64,000 nucleotides of DNA from an uncultured cyanobacterium (GCA_963744145.1 CAVUSO010000001.1:4640001-4704000), one strand, 5' to 3'; numbered from the stretch's first letter, positions 11,665 through 23,939 are shown. Made by a program: numbers and translations. Notes: generated by a model from the letters alone, not told the origin.

Positions 11665-12054
11665 ATGTCAAACCAACCTGAGCATCATCGAGGTGTACTA
11701 TGTGCTTTTTTGGGAATAACTTTGATTAATTTTATTATGGGGGTGATTTTTTTATTAATTTGGCAAAATAATTTAATCGTTATTTTTCCTTCTCTCGATA
11801 ACTTAGTGACTAGATGTGCTGATCAGTCGATGTATCAGGTAGGATTTACCAATAGTATAAATACAATTTCTTTAGGGTTTGGTAGTATTTCTTTTGGACA
11901 ATTAATTTATGTAGTCCCCTTAATTTGGTGGACAAAAAACGCAGCAAGATATGGTTGGATGAAAGGAATTATCATGGGTGCGTCATTAACAGCTTCAATC
12001 ACTGGTAATTGTTTTATTATGGCAATTACTTGTCATCAATATCCTGGAAAATAA
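11665..12054 (+). CDS. Hypothetical membrane protein
   Basis: 129-aa ORF with GAGG SD and three hydrophobic segments. Confidence 0.7.
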   Translation: MSNQPEHHRGVLCAFLGITLINFIMGVIFLLIWQNNLIVIFPSLDNLVTRCADQSMYQVGFTNSINTISLGFGSISFGQLIYVVPLIWWTKNAARYGWMKGIIMGASLTASITGNCFIMAITCHQYPGK

Positions 12055-12069
12055 TCAAGCGATCGCTAA

Positions 12070-13320
12070 CTAATAATCAAGTTCTTCCCATACTAATTGG
12101 GCTAGTTTTTGTGCTGCACCTGGTTTACCACGTACTGCAAGTAAGCGATCGCGCATCTGCTGTAATTTTTCTGGATGACTTAAATAATCAATTACCATTG
12201 TCGCGATTTCTGCTGGTTGCAATTTGCCCATTAATTCCGGTACAATTTCTGACCCTGCCCAAATATTTGGTCAAGCAAATAATTTGCCTTGTTTTAAGAC
12301 GAACCAGTTAATAATTTTCGCAAATATAGAGCCGAATCCGGGTAAATTTGCTAATAAACCAGGTAATCCATCCCAAGCACGCATCGCATCTAATTGGTGA
12401 GTAGATAATAGCACAATCATTGGTATTCCCAGAGAACCTAATTCAGCCGTATTAGCTCCGACAGTGGTAATACAAAGATGACATTGAGATAATAAATGAT
12501 AAGCAGGGGTTTGAGTCCATAATTCTATTTGTAAACCACTTGAGGTTTGGAAATAAGGTGTTTGGGTGTTAGTAATTAGTTCTGCTGTTACTCCACCAAA
12601 TAGCGCAATGAGGGGATTATAATTAGCATCAGCAAATCTGGCTAAAGTTGGCAAATCTAAAGTAGCAGCAACAGGAATAGCAAAAGTAGTTTGAGGACGC
12701 TGATGATGAATATGTGCAGCGATCGCTAGACATAAAGGTACTCCCTGCCATAATTTAGCAGGTTTTGATCCGACTAATAAGCCAATTAGTTCTGGTGTGG
12801 GTTGTTCTAAATTGTTGGAATGAGCGATCGCACCGACTTCTGCCATTAAATCACCGACAACTGTGAATTTATTAGCATATTTTGGGTGAGTGTGAGCAAT
12901 AATTTCTGGTTTCATCACTCCAAACCGATCAATCCATCGCTCCCAACGAGCATCCCATTCAGCATAAACGACAGTACGATAACCTAAACGTTTACCAATT
13001 ACTACTGTAAAAAATTGATCTCCACCGAGAAAAATTACCACTCCACGACTGGACCAATCCCAGTTTTCCTGAGTTTTTCCAGAAAGTAAAAATTGCCAAA
13101 AATGCTCGGGTGCTTGGACTCGATCGATTGCTGGATTAGATTTAGCGATCGCAACTTCCTGACCAGTCGCGTGGGGACAGGGAGAGAGGATGAGGGAAAT
13201 TCGGACTTGTGATCGGTCATCACCAAATTTTTCCCGTAATGCAATTGTGACGGGACGAACCCAAGTATTCAATTCTCCCGGACCATTAGAAAGAATTAAA
13301 AGATCAACTGTTTGGATCAT
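12070..13320 (-). pseudogene. Lipid-A-disaccharide synthase-like protein with internal TGA at 12271-12273 (pseudogene or base-call error)
   Basis: LSNGPGE N-terminal motif; the frame continues FA*PNIWAGSEIVPELMG...RGKPGAAQKLAQLV to TAG at 12070-12072. Confidence 0.8.
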
Positions 13321-13396
13321 CAGAAAATTTTGTATTTTAGATTTTAGTGTCGCTGATCGCGATCCCCAGAACTAGAATATCGGAGAATTCCAAATT

Positions 13397-13877
13397 ATGA
13401 CAAATTTAATCAATGCTGCTCAAACTGGTGATATTTCCCAGGTCAAAGATTTACTAGATACTGGTAGCGATGTCAATGAAAAAAATGAAGAGGGTGTCTG
13501 TGCTTTGACTACATCAGCGGAAGCGGGATATACAGATCTAGTAAAAATCCTGTTAGCTCATGGTGCTGATGTGAATAGTCAAGATCAGGATGGATGGACA
13601 GCATTAATGAGTGCTGCGGCTGCGGGTCATCTGGAAATAGTGGAATTATTACTAAATCAAGGTGCAGATGTCAATGCTAAAACTAATTTTGGCATTACAC
13701 CCTTAATGAGCGCCGCAGGTACTGGTCAGGTGAAAATTGTGGAAGTTTTACTCAATCAAGGAGCTGATCTGAAGGTCTAAAGATAATAATAATTGGACGG
13801 CTTTTATTTGGGCATCCGAAGAAGGTCATACTCCTGTGATGGAATTGATCAAAAAAGTACGTGATCAGTCAGCTTAG
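13397..13877 (+). pseudogene. Ankyrin-repeat protein with a +1 frameshift near 13776
   Basis: GWTALMSAAAAGHLEIVELLLNQGADVN repeats; removing one base gives KAKDNNNWTAFIWASEEGHTPVMELIK, ending at TAG 13877. Confidence 0.8.
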
Positions 13878-13934
13878 TTGAGCAAAAAATTTTCTGTCTT
13901 CTGACTGTAACTCATCCCAAAAAACACCGCTATA

Positions 13935-14157
13935 AGTTCAGTTAAGTGTAGGGGTGAAGCATTCGGGCGACAATTAAACAATCAAAGGAGTAATATTAGA
14001 TCCGAATGCTTCACCCTTCTTTTTCTGCACCGAGATGTCTATATAGTTGATCTGTTGGCTTCATCAGTGGTGAGGGTAAAGCATTTCGGTAATATTATTC
14101 TTCGTTTAAGCAATTATTTACTTGCCGAAATGCTTTACCCCTACAGTTAACTGAACT
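13935..14157. mobile_element. MITE/REPIN-like element with terminal inverted repeats enclosing two REP-like palindromes
   Basis: agttcagttaa...ttaactgaact ends; inner gggtgaagcattcgg/ccgaatgcttcaccc and gggtaaagcatttcgg/ccgaaatgctttaccc. Confidence 0.7.
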
Positions 14158-14249
14158 GTATTGCTTCATAGATTGGTTTGGCGATCGCGTGCTAAATAGG
14201 GAATAGTGGCAATCCTTGGGGAAATAGTGCAAAAGTGTGAGGATATGAA

Positions 14250-16367
14250 TTATAATCGTGGTGATTGACCCTTGTTGTTTAAGTATTTGGAAATATCCTT
14301 AAGTAAAGTAGTTGGATAGTATTTGATTAACGCTTTAATGCCATACAACCAAAAACAAAAATTAATCAGATTATAAGCGGCATTAACCCATTCTTTAGAA
14401 TAAACAGATCTCAAAAATGCGATCGCTGAATATAAACAAAATCCATAGTCAACTAAGATAAAAAATAGAGGAGCCTGAGTGATATATTTTACTTTTGGTG
14501 TTCTTCTAAATTCAGTATGTTTACCAGTCAATATCTGTCGGACTGACTGAAGCAAACCACTTATATTTACCGGCAATAGAATTAAATTTAAAGCAAATAT
14601 TCCCATTAGATCGGTTTTTTTGTAATTCATATATTGGAGGTCTCGCATATATAAATAATAATAGGGAATGAATAAAATGAATGAAGCAGAAAGAATCACA
14701 ATTTTCTCCTGTCCCAGAGGATATAATAATAAAATAAGTATTGCCAAATAAAATATAGAAGAAGTCAAGTAATAAATTCTCAGAAATCCTTGATAAAATA
14801 CTTGAGCTTTTTTTGGTCTTGAAATCAGGAATTTAAGCAACTTGGGCAAGATAATTAGACCTCCGTTTGCCCATCTTTGTCTTTGAATCCCAAGCGAACC
14901 AAAATCAGGTGGTGTGGCACTATAAGATAAGGTGTCAAGATAACTGTATAGCTGCCATCCTTTAGTAATAAGGTCTATCGTTGATTCCGTATCTTCAATT
15001 ACCGTTTCATCTTGGATATATACATTTGTGTTAAAACCTCTTTCTTTGCGGGTTGTCATAATACTATGCAAAGCTTTTTTTCTTACCATTGCATTTGCTC
15101 CAATCCAATAAGTTGCATGGTATAGTGTCGAACCTTGGTGCATAAAACGTTGTACATCGGTAGTTGCAGAAGCTATTCTTTCCAAAAAGCTGGAAGGATT
15201 TGGATAAGCACTGTAAGGAGTTTGAGCAACAGCAAATTTTTCACCTTCTGCTTGCTCCATAAGATAAGCCAATGTTTTGGTATATTCAGGTAAAATAATA
15301 CTGTCAGCATCTAGAATGATAATGTAGTCAGCGTCAGAAATTACTAAGTTACCATTTTGATCATTAACAAGATGTAATCCTTCCTCTGTTTCTATCTGGT
15401 TGAATGTTTCTCCCATTAAGGAAATATAAGTATTTAGATTCATCGCTTTGTTACTTTTGTGAGATAAATTATGATACCTTTTTCTCTCAAAGCTTGATAA
15501 TTCAACTTGAAAAATGCTAACTAGTTTTTGGTAAATTATCTTAATTTTTGCGGAGTTAATTAAATTCAATTCTTCTTCATTTTTTAATGAATAATAAATA
15601 TTTAGCATGTATTTATACTGAGCAATAAAAACCTTTTCTAACATTAGGTCTTCAGTATGATCCTGTGGTTGGTAATGATCCGCTTGTTCTTTAAACCAGA
15701 TGGCAATGCTTTGAAGTAAATCTGTAATTATCTCTATTTCTTTAATTATATCAAAATTATCTTCCTCTTTTTTTTTCAGAAAATTATTATATTTTTTATT
15801 AATTTTTTTAAATATGGGAGTTAGTAAATCTTGAATTTCTTTGGGAGCTTGGCGCGTCGCTATTAAGAGATTAATGTCATCAATATCTTGAGGATTGGGA
15901 GGGTTATCGATGAGGAGAACTATCTTCTTATTAGGATATTCTTGTAATGCTGCTGAGAATAAAGTCTGCTTGATAATTCTGGTATCTTCTTTATAGGATG
16001 GGATCAGGTAGCTTACTCTGGGAAGGTTGCTATTAGAGGAAAAATTATCAAGTTCTTCTTGCCCGATTTTACAAAAGTTTATTTTTCTTTTCCAATATCC
16101 TAAACGACAGATAAAATAGGCTAAGGTTCCATAAAAAAAGAAAAGTAAGATTAAGATAAATATAGCTTGAGTAAAGGTTTCATAATATTTTATTTTAATT
16201 ATTTTGTTAGCAATTCCATTGAACAAATAAAGCAACAAACCTAGGGAAGTTATTATTGTTACTACGATCGCCATGTAGGTTTGAAATATTTCTTTATTTA
16301 TCTGAGATATTTTTCGATTATTTTTCATGTCAATGAGCCAAATATTTTCACCTAAAATATAATTCAT
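14250..16367 (-). CDS. GT2 processive glycosyltransferase (cellulose-synthase-like)
   Basis: IPSYKE, KAMNLN, ILDAD, QTPY, EDT, QRQRW; N- and C-terminal TM helices; AT-rich. Confidence 0.88.
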   Translation of the reverse strand: MNYILGENIWLIDMKNNRKISQINKEIFQTYMAIVVTIITSLGLLLYLFNGIANKIIKIKYYETFTQAIFILILLFFFYGTLAYFICRLGYWKRKINFCKIGQEELDNFSSNSNLPRVSYLIPSYKEDTRIIKQTLFSAALQEYPNKKIVLLIDNPPNPQDIDDINLLIATRQAPKEIQDLLTPIFKKINKKYNNFLKKKEEDNFDIIKEIEIITDLLQSIAIWFKEQADHYQPQDHTEDLMLEKVFIAQYKYMLNIYYSLKNEEELNLINSAKIKIIYQKLVSIFQVELSSFERKRYHNLSHKSNKAMNLNTYISLMGETFNQIETEEGLHLVNDQNGNLVISDADYIIILDADSIILPEYTKTLAYLMEQAEGEKFAVAQTPYSAYPNPSSFLERIASATTDVQRFMHQGSTLYHATYWIGANAMVRKKALHSIMTTRKERGFNTNVYIQDETVIEDTESTIDLITKGWQLYSYLDTLSYSATPPDFGSLGIQRQRWANGGLIILPKLLKFLISRPKKAQVFYQGFLRIYYLTSSIFYLAILILLLYPLGQEKIVILSASFILFIPYYYLYMRDLQYMNYKKTDLMGIFALNLILLPVNISGLLQSVRQILTGKHTEFRRTPKVKYITQAPLFFILVDYGFCLYSAIAFLRSVYSKEWVNAAYNLINFCFWLYGIKALIKYYPTTLLKDISKYLNNKGQSPRL

Positions 16368-16403
16368 CTTAGGAGAAGTTTTTTCGTAAATTATATAGAT
16401 ATA

Positions 16404-17189
16404 CTATTCGTTGATGGCTGAGTTACTTACTAAGTAATAAGTACCAAAAGCAGCTCCTATTCCCAATACTGCGGGAGCAGCTACTGCTGTACCGATAATA
16501 GCAGCTATCCCACCACTAACTACAGTCGCAGCTATAGTACCACCAACACCTCCTACTAAAGAAGCAATTTGTGCTGCTGTCCTGGCATTTTTTCTTGCTT
16601 CACGTTCATCTGTAGATAAATGGTGTTGATCCTCGAATATTACACCTACGATGATATCAGTTACTAATCCACTCGCCAAACCTGCTATTCCCGCAATACT
16701 ACCAGCGGTACGACAAGCTACTACTGCACCGACAACAGGAGTTTCTTTTACACCAATATTTACTATTGTTCTCACCACAGGAGTCAGAGATTTAATTGCA
16801 GTTTCAGTGACAACTGAAGTTGCTACTTCCGCGACTACCTTGGTCGCGATCGCGACAGGTACATGATCAATTGGACTTTTGACTGGTTCATTTTTAGTTT
16901 GACCAGTTTTACACCAATAGGCAAAATTTTCGGAATTGTGATTGAACAGGTCATCACCTGGTTGATTTAACTTACTTTCGGCTCGCATTACTACTGTATC
17001 TGCGGCATCATAATATTCATATTTTTTGCGGTAGACTGTATTTTTATTGGCAAAATCAGCGATCGCTACCCGCGTAATTTTTCGGTTTTGTTGGTTAGTT
17101 TCATAATGGATAACACTACCATCACCGCTATCTATGCCATGATGAGTAAATCCAGGATAACAAACGTAAATATGATCTCCTTTTGCCAT
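16404..17189 (-). CDS. LRAT-family (permuted NlpC/P60) protein with Gly/Ala-rich hydrophobic C-terminus
   Basis: GDHIYV, HHGID, VIHY, NSENFAYWCKTG. Confidence 0.85.
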   Translation of the reverse strand: MAKGDHIYVCYPGFTHHGIDSGDGSVIHYETNQQNRKITRVAIADFANKNTVYRKKYEYYDAADTVVMRAESKLNQPGDDLFNHNSENFAYWCKTGQTKNEPVKSPIDHVPVAIATKVVAEVATSVVTETAIKSLTPVVRTIVNIGVKETPVVGAVVACRTAGSIAGIAGLASGLVTDIIVGVIFEDQHHLSTDEREARKNARTAAQIASLVGGVGGTIAATVVSGGIAAIIGTAVAAPAVLGIGAAFGTYYLVSNSAINE

Positions 17190-17659
17190 AATTTTCCTAG
17201 TCTTTGTTTAGTTTTTCACTATTAACCAGAGCAAAATCGAACTAAGTAGGTCAATTTACTAAAAATTGTTACAAATAATATCACCTACAAAAAAAATTCG
17301 TAAGTTTGGTTAGATGTCCAACTAAACTCCTAAATTTAAGTTTTATGAGGAATTTGGAACTTATCTTTACTTTTAATGGTATAATAAGCGACTTTTGTAA
17401 TTAAGTCAAGAAAATCATATCTGAGTATTCCTACTTAATCTAAATCATAAAAAATTTTTATAAAAATATATTAATAAATTGGATTTTATGAGTATTTAAT
17501 CAGGAAAATATGAAGAAATATGGAGGAATATGTCCATTTTCTGATCAAATTGTGTCAGATCACGGCCAAAACACCCATTTAAGGGGCGTTTTCTGGTAAA
17601 AAATACTTATATTCCCTTAAAAAAAGCTAAGAACGCGCATCTAAAGGAGTTTAAGAAGC

Positions 17660-20600
17660 ATGTTCACTCACGTCAAGCCCACCATTCGTCACATTGCCCC
17701 AGATGACCTCCGGGGGCGATCGCTTCTCCAGGTGGTCTATGTCGTGCTAGAAGCCCAGTATCAGAGTGCCCTATCCGGGGCAGTTCGCTCGATTAATCAA
17801 AATAATCCCAATATAGCCATTGATCTCAAAGGATATTTAATCGAGGAACTGCGGCATCCTGAAAACTATGAGGACTTCAAGCGAGATATTGCAAGTGCCA
17901 ATATATTTATCGCGTCCCTAATTTTCATTGAAGATTTAGCAGATAAACTGGTAGAAGCAGTAGAACCACACCGGGAACACCTTGATGTTGCTGTAGTATT
18001 TCCATCGATGCCCCAAGTGATGCGTCTCAATAAAATGGGTAGTTTTTCGATGGCTCAATTAGGTCAATCGAAAAGCGCGATCGCCCAGTTTATGCGGAAG
18101 CGGAAGGAAAAATCAGGTTCTGGTTTCCAAGATGGAATGCTCAAGCTCCTCCAAACCTTGCCCAAAGTCCTGAAATATCTTCCTATGGATAAAGCTCAGG
18201 ATGCTCGGAATTTTATGCTGAGTTTCCAATATTGGTTAGGTGGTTCCCAAGAAAATCTGGAAAACTTCCTGCTGATGTTAGCAGATAAATATGTTTTCAA
18301 AGGTAATAAACTCAGTTTTCAAGAACCAGTCGTTTACCCAGATATGGGAATTTGGCATCCTTTAGCATCCCAAATGTTTGAAGATGTTAAAGAATATCTG
18401 AATTGGTATAACAGTCGTCAAGATATTTCTGATGATCTCAAAGACCCCCTAGCACCTTGTATTGGGTTAGTATTACAACGGACTCACCTAGTTACCCGTG
18501 ATGATGCTCACTATGTAGCAATGGTGCAGGAAATCGAAGCAATGGGAGCGCGGGTAATTCCAGTTTTTGCTGGTGGGTTAGATTTTTCCAAACCAGTAGA
18601 TGCTTTCTTTTATGATGCGGTTAGCAAAGTACCAAATAGCATCGTTGATACGGTAGTTTCTTTGACTGGATTTGCGCTAGTTGGTGGACCTGCACGTCAA
18701 GATCATCCCAAAGCGATCGAGTCTTTGAAAAGATTAAATCGCCCCTACATGGTAGCCTTACCTTTGGTATTTCAAACTACGGAAGAATGGCAAGATAGTG
18801 ATTTAGGGTTACACCCGATTCAAGTAGCTCTGCAAATAGCAATTCCAGAATTAGATGGATCGATCGAGCCAATTATTTTATCAGGAAGAGATGGTGCTAC
18901 AGGAAAAGCGATCGCGCTCCAAGATCGAATTGAAGCAGTAGCTCAACGCGCTCTCAAATGGGCAAATCTCCGTCGTAAACCGAAACTAGATAAAAAAATC
19001 GCCATTACGATCTTTAGTTTCCCACCCGATAAAGGTAATGTTGGTACTGCTGCATATTTAGATGTTTTTGGTTCCATCTATAAAGTGATGGAAGCTCTCA
19101 AAAACAATGGTTATGATGTGCAAGATTTACCCGAATCTAGTGCAGCATTGATGCAAGAAGTAATCCATGATGCTACTGCTCAATATGCTACTCCAGAATT
19201 AAATATTGCCTATCGAATGTCAGTCGCAGAATATGAACAACTGACACCCTATTCTACCCGATTAGAGGAAAACTGGGGGGCACCTCCGGGACATTTGAAT
19301 AGTGATGGACAAAATTTGCTAATTTATGGTAAACAATTCGGGAATGTGTTTATCGGAGTTCAACCAACTTTTGGTTATGAAGGTGATCCGATGAGGTTGC
19401 TCTTCTCCCGTTCTGCTAGTCCCCATCACGGTTTTGCTGCATACTATACCTATCTAGAGCGAATCTGGGATGCTGATGCGGTGCTACACTTTGGTACTCA
19501 TGGTTCCTTAGAATTTATGCCCGGTAAACAAATTGGAATGTCTGGAGATTGTTATCCAGATAGTTTAATTGGCAAAATTCCCAATCTCTATTATTATGCA
19601 GCCAATAATCCCTCAGAAGCAACTATTGCGAAACGTCGGAGTTATGCAGCGACTATTTCTTATCTAACTCCCCCAGCAGAAAATGCTGGTTTATATAAGG
19701 GTTTGCAGGAATTAAGCGAATTGATTAGTTCCTACCAAACTCTGAAAAATACCGGACGGGGAGTGCCGATCGTCAATACGATCATGGATAAATGTCGTTT
19801 GGTGAATTTAGATCAAGATATCAATTTGCCCGACCAAGATGCGATCGCGATGACTCCAGAAGAACGCGATCAAATCGTGGGACAAGTTTATCGACGATTG
19901 ATGGAAATTGAATCTCGTTTATTACCCTGTGGATTGCACGTTATTGGTAAACCACCAACTGCTGAAGAAGCGATCGCGACATTGGTAAATATTGCAGCAT
20001 TAGATCGTGAGGAAGAAGCAATTACTAGCTTACCTCGGATTATTGCTCAGAGCATTGGACGTAACATTGATGAGATTTATCAAAATAACGACAAAGGTGT
20101 TTTAGCTGATGTTGAGTTACTCCAAGATATCACAATGGCAACTCGCAGTGCTGTAGCTGCTTTAGTCAAAGAACAAACTGATGCTGATGGACGAGTTTCC
20201 CTAGTTTCTAAGCTCAATTTCTTCCACATGGGCAAAAAAGAGCCTTGGATTGAAGCTTTGCATACAGCAGGTTATAAAAAAGTCGATCCGGAACTAATTA
20301 AACCTCTGTTTGAATACTTGGAATTCTGTCTACAACAAGTCTGTGCTGATAATGAATTAGGGGCACTTTTGCGATCGCTCGAAGGTGAATATATTATCCC
20401 TGGACCGGGAGGAGATCCAATTCGGAATCCCGATGTGCTTCCCACTGGGAAAAATATGCACGCTCTCGATCCGCAATCAATTCCTACTGCGGCAGCAGTC
20501 AAATCAGCTAAGATTGTAGTAGATCGACTATTAGCGCGACAAAAAGCAGACAACGGTGGTAATTACCCAGAGACGATCGCTTGTGTACTGTGGGGAACAG

Positions 20601-21634
20601 ACAATATTAAAACCTACGGAGAATCCCTCGCGCAAATCATGTGGATGGTAGGAGTTAAACCAGTTCCCGATGCTTTAGGACGAGTGAATAAGTTAGAACT
20701 AATTTCCTTAGAAGAATTAGGAAGACCTCGGGTAGATGTGGTAATTAACTGTTCCGGTGTATTCCGTGACTTATTTATCAACCAGATGAATCTGTTAGAT
20801 AAAGCCGTAAAAATGGCAGCAGAAGCAGAAGAACCCCTGGAAATGAACTTTGTCCGCAAACACGCATTAAAACAAGCCGAAGAAATGGGCATTAATTTGC
20901 GCCAAGCAGCGACTCGGGTATTTTCTAATGCGTCTGGTTCCTATGCTTCTAACGTCAATTTAGCCGTAGAAAATAGCACTTGGGAAAAAGAATCAGAATT
21001 GCAGGAAATGTACCTAACTCGTAAATCTTTTGCTTTTTCCTCTGACAATCCGGGCACAATGGAACAGGATCGACAGATATTTGAATCAGCATTAAAAACC
21101 GCTGAAGTCACCTTCCAAAACTTAGATTCATCAGAAATTAGTTTAACGGATGTTTCCCACTATTTCGACTCTGATCCAACTAAAGTTGTCGCCACTTTGC
21201 GCGGAGATGGAAAAGCACCAGCAGCATTTATTGCAGATACAACCACAGCTAATGCTCAGGTAAGAACATTAACAGAAACCGTGCGTTTAGATGCACGGAC
21301 TAAGATGTTAAATCCCAAATGGTATGAGGGGATGTTGTCCCATGGTTATGAAGGAGTGCGGGAACTTTCCAAACGTCTCGTTAACACAATGGGATGGAGT
21401 GCAACTGCTGGTGCTGTTGATAATTGGGTGTATGAAGATGTGAATACTACCTTTATCAAAGATGAGGAAATGCAAAAGCGGTTAATGAACTTGAATCCTC
21501 ATTCGTTCCGAAAGATGGTCAGCACACTATTAGAAGTGAATGGTCGGGGTTATTGGGAGACTTCGGAGAATAATTTGGATCGCTTACGTCAATTATATCA
21601 GGAGGTAGAAGATCGGATTGAAGGAGTAGAATAG
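17660..21634 (+). CDS. chlH: Magnesium chelatase subunit H
   Basis: [12 protein letters not shown] start, [31 protein letters not shown]; 1324 aa. Confidence 0.97.
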   Translation: MFTHVKPTIRHIAPDDLRGRSLLQVVYVVLEAQYQSALSGAVRSINQNNPNIAIDLKGYLIEELRHPENYEDFKRDIASANIFIASLIFIEDLADKLVEAVEPHREHLDVAVVFPSMPQVMRLNKMGSFSMAQLGQSKSAIAQFMRKRKEKSGSGFQDGMLKLLQTLPKVLKYLPMDKAQDARNFMLSFQYWLGGSQENLENFLLMLADKYVFKGNKLSFQEPVVYPDMGIWHPLASQMFEDVKEYLNWYNSRQDISDDLKDPLAPCIGLVLQRTHLVTRDDAHYVAMVQEIEAMGARVIPVFAGGLDFSKPVDAFFYDAVSKVPNSIVDTVVSLTGFALVGGPARQDHPKAIESLKRLNRPYMVALPLVFQTTEEWQDSDLGLHPIQVALQIAIPELDGSIEPIILSGRDGATGKAIALQDRIEAVAQRALKWANLRRKPKLDKKIAITIFSFPPDKGNVGTAAYLDVFGSIYKVMEALKNNGYDVQDLPESSAALMQEVIHDATAQYATPELNIAYRMSVAEYEQLTPYSTRLEENWGAPPGHLNSDGQNLLIYGKQFGNVFIGVQPTFGYEGDPMRLLFSRSASPHHGFAAYYTYLERIWDADAVLHFGTHGSLEFMPGKQIGMSGDCYPDSLIGKIPNLYYYAANNPSEATIAKRRSYAATISYLTPPAENAGLYKGLQELSELISSYQTLKNTGRGVPIVNTIMDKCRLVNLDQDINLPDQDAIAMTPEERDQIVGQVYRRLMEIESRLLPCGLHVIGKPPTAEEAIATLVNIAALDREEEAITSLPRIIAQSIGRNIDEIYQNNDKGVLADVELLQDITMATRSAVAALVKEQTDADGRVSLVSKLNFFHMGKKEPWIEALHTAGYKKVDPELIKPLFEYLEFCLQQVCADNELGALLRSLEGEYIIPGPGGDPIRNPDVLPTGKNMHALDPQSIPTAAAVKSAKIVVDRLLARQKADNGGNYPETIACVLWGTDNIKTYGESLAQIMWMVGVKPVPDALGRVNKLELISLEELGRPRVDVVINCSGVFRDLFINQMNLLDKAVKMAAEAEEPLEMNFVRKHALKQAEEMGINLRQAATRVFSNASGSYASNVNLAVENSTWEKESELQEMYLTRKSFAFSSDNPGTMEQDRQIFESALKTAEVTFQNLDSSEISLTDVSHYFDSDPTKVVATLRGDGKAPAAFIADTTTANAQVRTLTETVRLDARTKMLNPKWYEGMLSHGYEGVRELSKRLVNTMGWSATAGAVDNWVYEDVNTTFIKDEEMQKRLMNLNPHSFRKMVSTLLEVNGRGYWETSENNLDRLRQLYQEVEDRIEGVE

Positions 21635-21649
21635 AGTTAAGTTGGAGTA

Positions 21650-21673
21650 GGGCAGGCAATATGCCTGCCTTTT
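21650..21673 (+). terminator. Terminator hairpin after chlH
   Basis: ggcaggca-ata-tgcctgcc followed by tttt. Confidence 0.7.
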
Positions 21674-21700
21674 AAATATTAAGGAATTAAATCAAAAATT

Positions 21701-21880
21701 ATGCAAATTTTCACCTTTTATTCTCAGGTAAGCTCAGATGGAATATTACGTCTTGAATTACCTATTAACACCCCAAATTCAGACCTAAAAGTTACCGGGA
21801 GTGTCCAGCAGATTAATAACTCTAAAAGAAGTCATACAGATTCTAAAAAACGCTTTGAGCAGATGCTAAAAAAAATATGA
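21701..21880 (+). CDS. Small hypothetical protein (59 aa), antitoxin-like N-terminus, possibly a remnant
   Basis: MQIFTFYSQVSSDGILRLELP...; AAGGA upstream; below the ORF-track cutoff. Confidence 0.45.
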   Translation: MQIFTFYSQVSSDGILRLELPINTPNSDLKVTGSVQQINNSKRSHTDSKKRFEQMLKKI

Positions 21881-21886
21881 AGAAAG

Positions 21887-22288
21887 TTAAGTAGGAGGAT
21901 TATCCTCTTGATTACGCTGATTAATCAGAATATCAAGCATCCGTCTTGTCTCAATTCTCAAACCCACAATTTCTTCTTGCTGTCGATCCATTCTTTGAAA
22001 TAACTGTTCTCGTTCTTCCCTAGCTTCTGCTGCCACATTTGCTAATGCTTGAATAACGCGAGCATTACTCTCAATTAAGCGATTGTTATTCTCCGTTGCG
22101 ATCGCAATATTATCCACCCGATTGGTCAAAGTTTCGAGGGAACTAGCGATATTATCTACCCGATTGGTCAAACCTTCTACCGAACTAGCTATACTATCTA
22201 CCCGATTGGTCAAACCTTCTACCGAATTAGCTAGACGATCTAGTCTCGCATCATCCCATTGCTGTCTACTCATAGTTTTTTTTTCCAA
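21887..22288 (-). CDS. Coiled-coil hypothetical protein with 14-aa repeats
   Basis: SVEGLTNRVDSIAS-type unit about three times; paralog of 22390-22713. Confidence 0.8.
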   Translation of the reverse strand: MEKKTMSRQQWDDARLDRLANSVEGLTNRVDSIASSVEGLTNRVDNIASSLETLTNRVDNIAIATENNNRLIESNARVIQALANVAAEAREEREQLFQRMDRQQEEIVGLRIETRRMLDILINQRNQEDNPPT

Positions 22289-22389
22289 AATTGCTGATTT
22301 TTATCATAATTTAGATTTTAGTTATTTTACTAATCATGCCGCGATCGCCTGTTTTTCTACGGTGCGATCGCGCCGACTTTATAATTGAG

Positions 22390-22713
22390 TTAAGCAGTAG
22401 GATTATCCCCTTGGTTACGCTGATTGATTAGAATATCAAGCATCCGTCTTGTCTCAATTCTCAAACCCACAATTTCTTCTTGCTGACGATCCATCCTTTG
22501 AAATAACTGATCCATCCTTTGAAATAACTGTTCCCGTTCTTCCCTGGCTTCTGCTGCCACATTTGCTAAAGCTTGAATAATGCGAGCATTACTCTCGATC
22601 AGGCGATTGTTGTTCTCAATAGCGCGATTATTATTCTCAATAGCGCGAGTATTACTCTCAACCATATTGGCCAATCGGTCTAGCCGCTCATCATCCCAGC
22701 GTTCTGTACTCAT
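22390..22713 (-). CDS. Coiled-coil hypothetical protein with 7-aa repeats
   Basis: WDDERLDRLAN start and C-terminal ~60 aa nearly identical to the neighbour. Confidence 0.8.
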   Translation of the reverse strand: MSTERWDDERLDRLANMVESNTRAIENNNRAIENNNRLIESNARIIQALANVAAEAREEREQLFQRMDQLFQRMDRQQEEIVGLRIETRRMLDILINQRNQGDNPTA

Positions 22714-23439
22714 ATATTTTCTCTTTTCCTCTACTTTTTAGGATAACTTCAATTTTAATTCCTTTGCGTAGATGCCGCGATCGCCCCGACTTTCCTTATT
22801 ATACTAGCTTCCACCTCTGTCTATCCAAAAATATCTCCCTCAACTACAGCCCAATTTCTCTTTTATCCGTTGACAGTGTTCTACAATTTTTGGCTCTTTC
22901 GGCATTTGGTGGTAAAATGTAACTGCTAATACATTTTACGAGGTAGTCAAAAATGGACTTGCACCTAGATATTTTACTAAATTTGCCTAATGTAACGGTT
23001 TTTACTTGTGATCAGAAAGAAGAATTCACGGATTCTAAAACTGGATTTATTGAACGATAAAATTAGTTGTGTTTACTACGGAAAATCGACGGATGAAATC
23101 TATCAAATTCGTCCGATTTTAGTCAGGGATTTATCAATTTGTGGTCAAGGAGTATATCTCCAAGTACCAAGACGACAAATTTATTGTCCATCTTGTAAAA
23201 AATACTCAACCGCAGCTTTAGATTTTGTAGAAAAAGGTCGTAATTATACTAAGAGATCCGAGGAATATATTTATGAGCGAGTCAAAGAATTAACAGTAGA
23301 GCAAGTGAGTCGTCATGAACAACTAAGTGCAGAACAAGTGCAAAATATCTTTTCAAGAATTGCCAAAACTAAAAAAAAGACTGGTTGCTACCAGAAAGAC
23401 TGAGTTGAGATAAATTCAGTAAAGAAAAAGGAAAAGGAA

Positions 23440-23463
23440 TGTTTCGACTCCGCTCAACACAAG
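23440..23463 (+). repeat. 24-nt short dispersed repeat inserted in the transposase
   Basis: tgtttcgactccgctcaacacaag; removal restores GKGKFVTVVSDLD. Confidence 0.8.
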
Positions 23464-23590
23464 AGTTTGTTACGGTAGTTAGTGACCTTGATCAAGGGTC
23501 ATTATTAGAAGTTATAGATTCCCATAAAAGTGATGAGATTATAGAAGTCTTCAAGACTCAACCCCTTGCTATAAGGGAGAATGTTAAGGA

Positions 23591-23618
23591 GTAGGGGCGT
23601 ATTGCAATACGCCCGTAC
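23591..23618. repeat. GTAG REP-like palindrome inside the transposase
   Basis: gtaggggcgtattgcaatacgcccgtac interrupts VKE...IDMW. Confidence 0.8.
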
Positions 23619-23939
23619 ATAGATATGTGGGGCGGTTTTCCGAAAGTTATAAAAGAAGTTTTTCCTCATACCTTAATTGTAATTGACAGGTTTCATGTCA
23701 TGCAGCTAGTAAATAAGGCTGTCAATAAAATCCGACTTATGTTAAATTTAAAAGGTTTAAAAAATCGCTACTTACTTATTAAAAATGCTAGCAATTTAAC
23801 TGAATCAGAAAAAATCGAGCTGGAACAATTATTGAATTGTTCTCCTTGTTGAAGAATTGCTGATGATTTGAAAGAAGAATTAAGAGATATTTATGAAACC
23901 AGTAATACAGTAAAAATGGGATTGAAAAGATTGAAAAAA

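Noticed and set aside
12271..12273. TGA recoding as Trp or selenocysteine
   Set aside because: TGA is used as a normal stop in other genes here; a point mutation or base-call error is simpler
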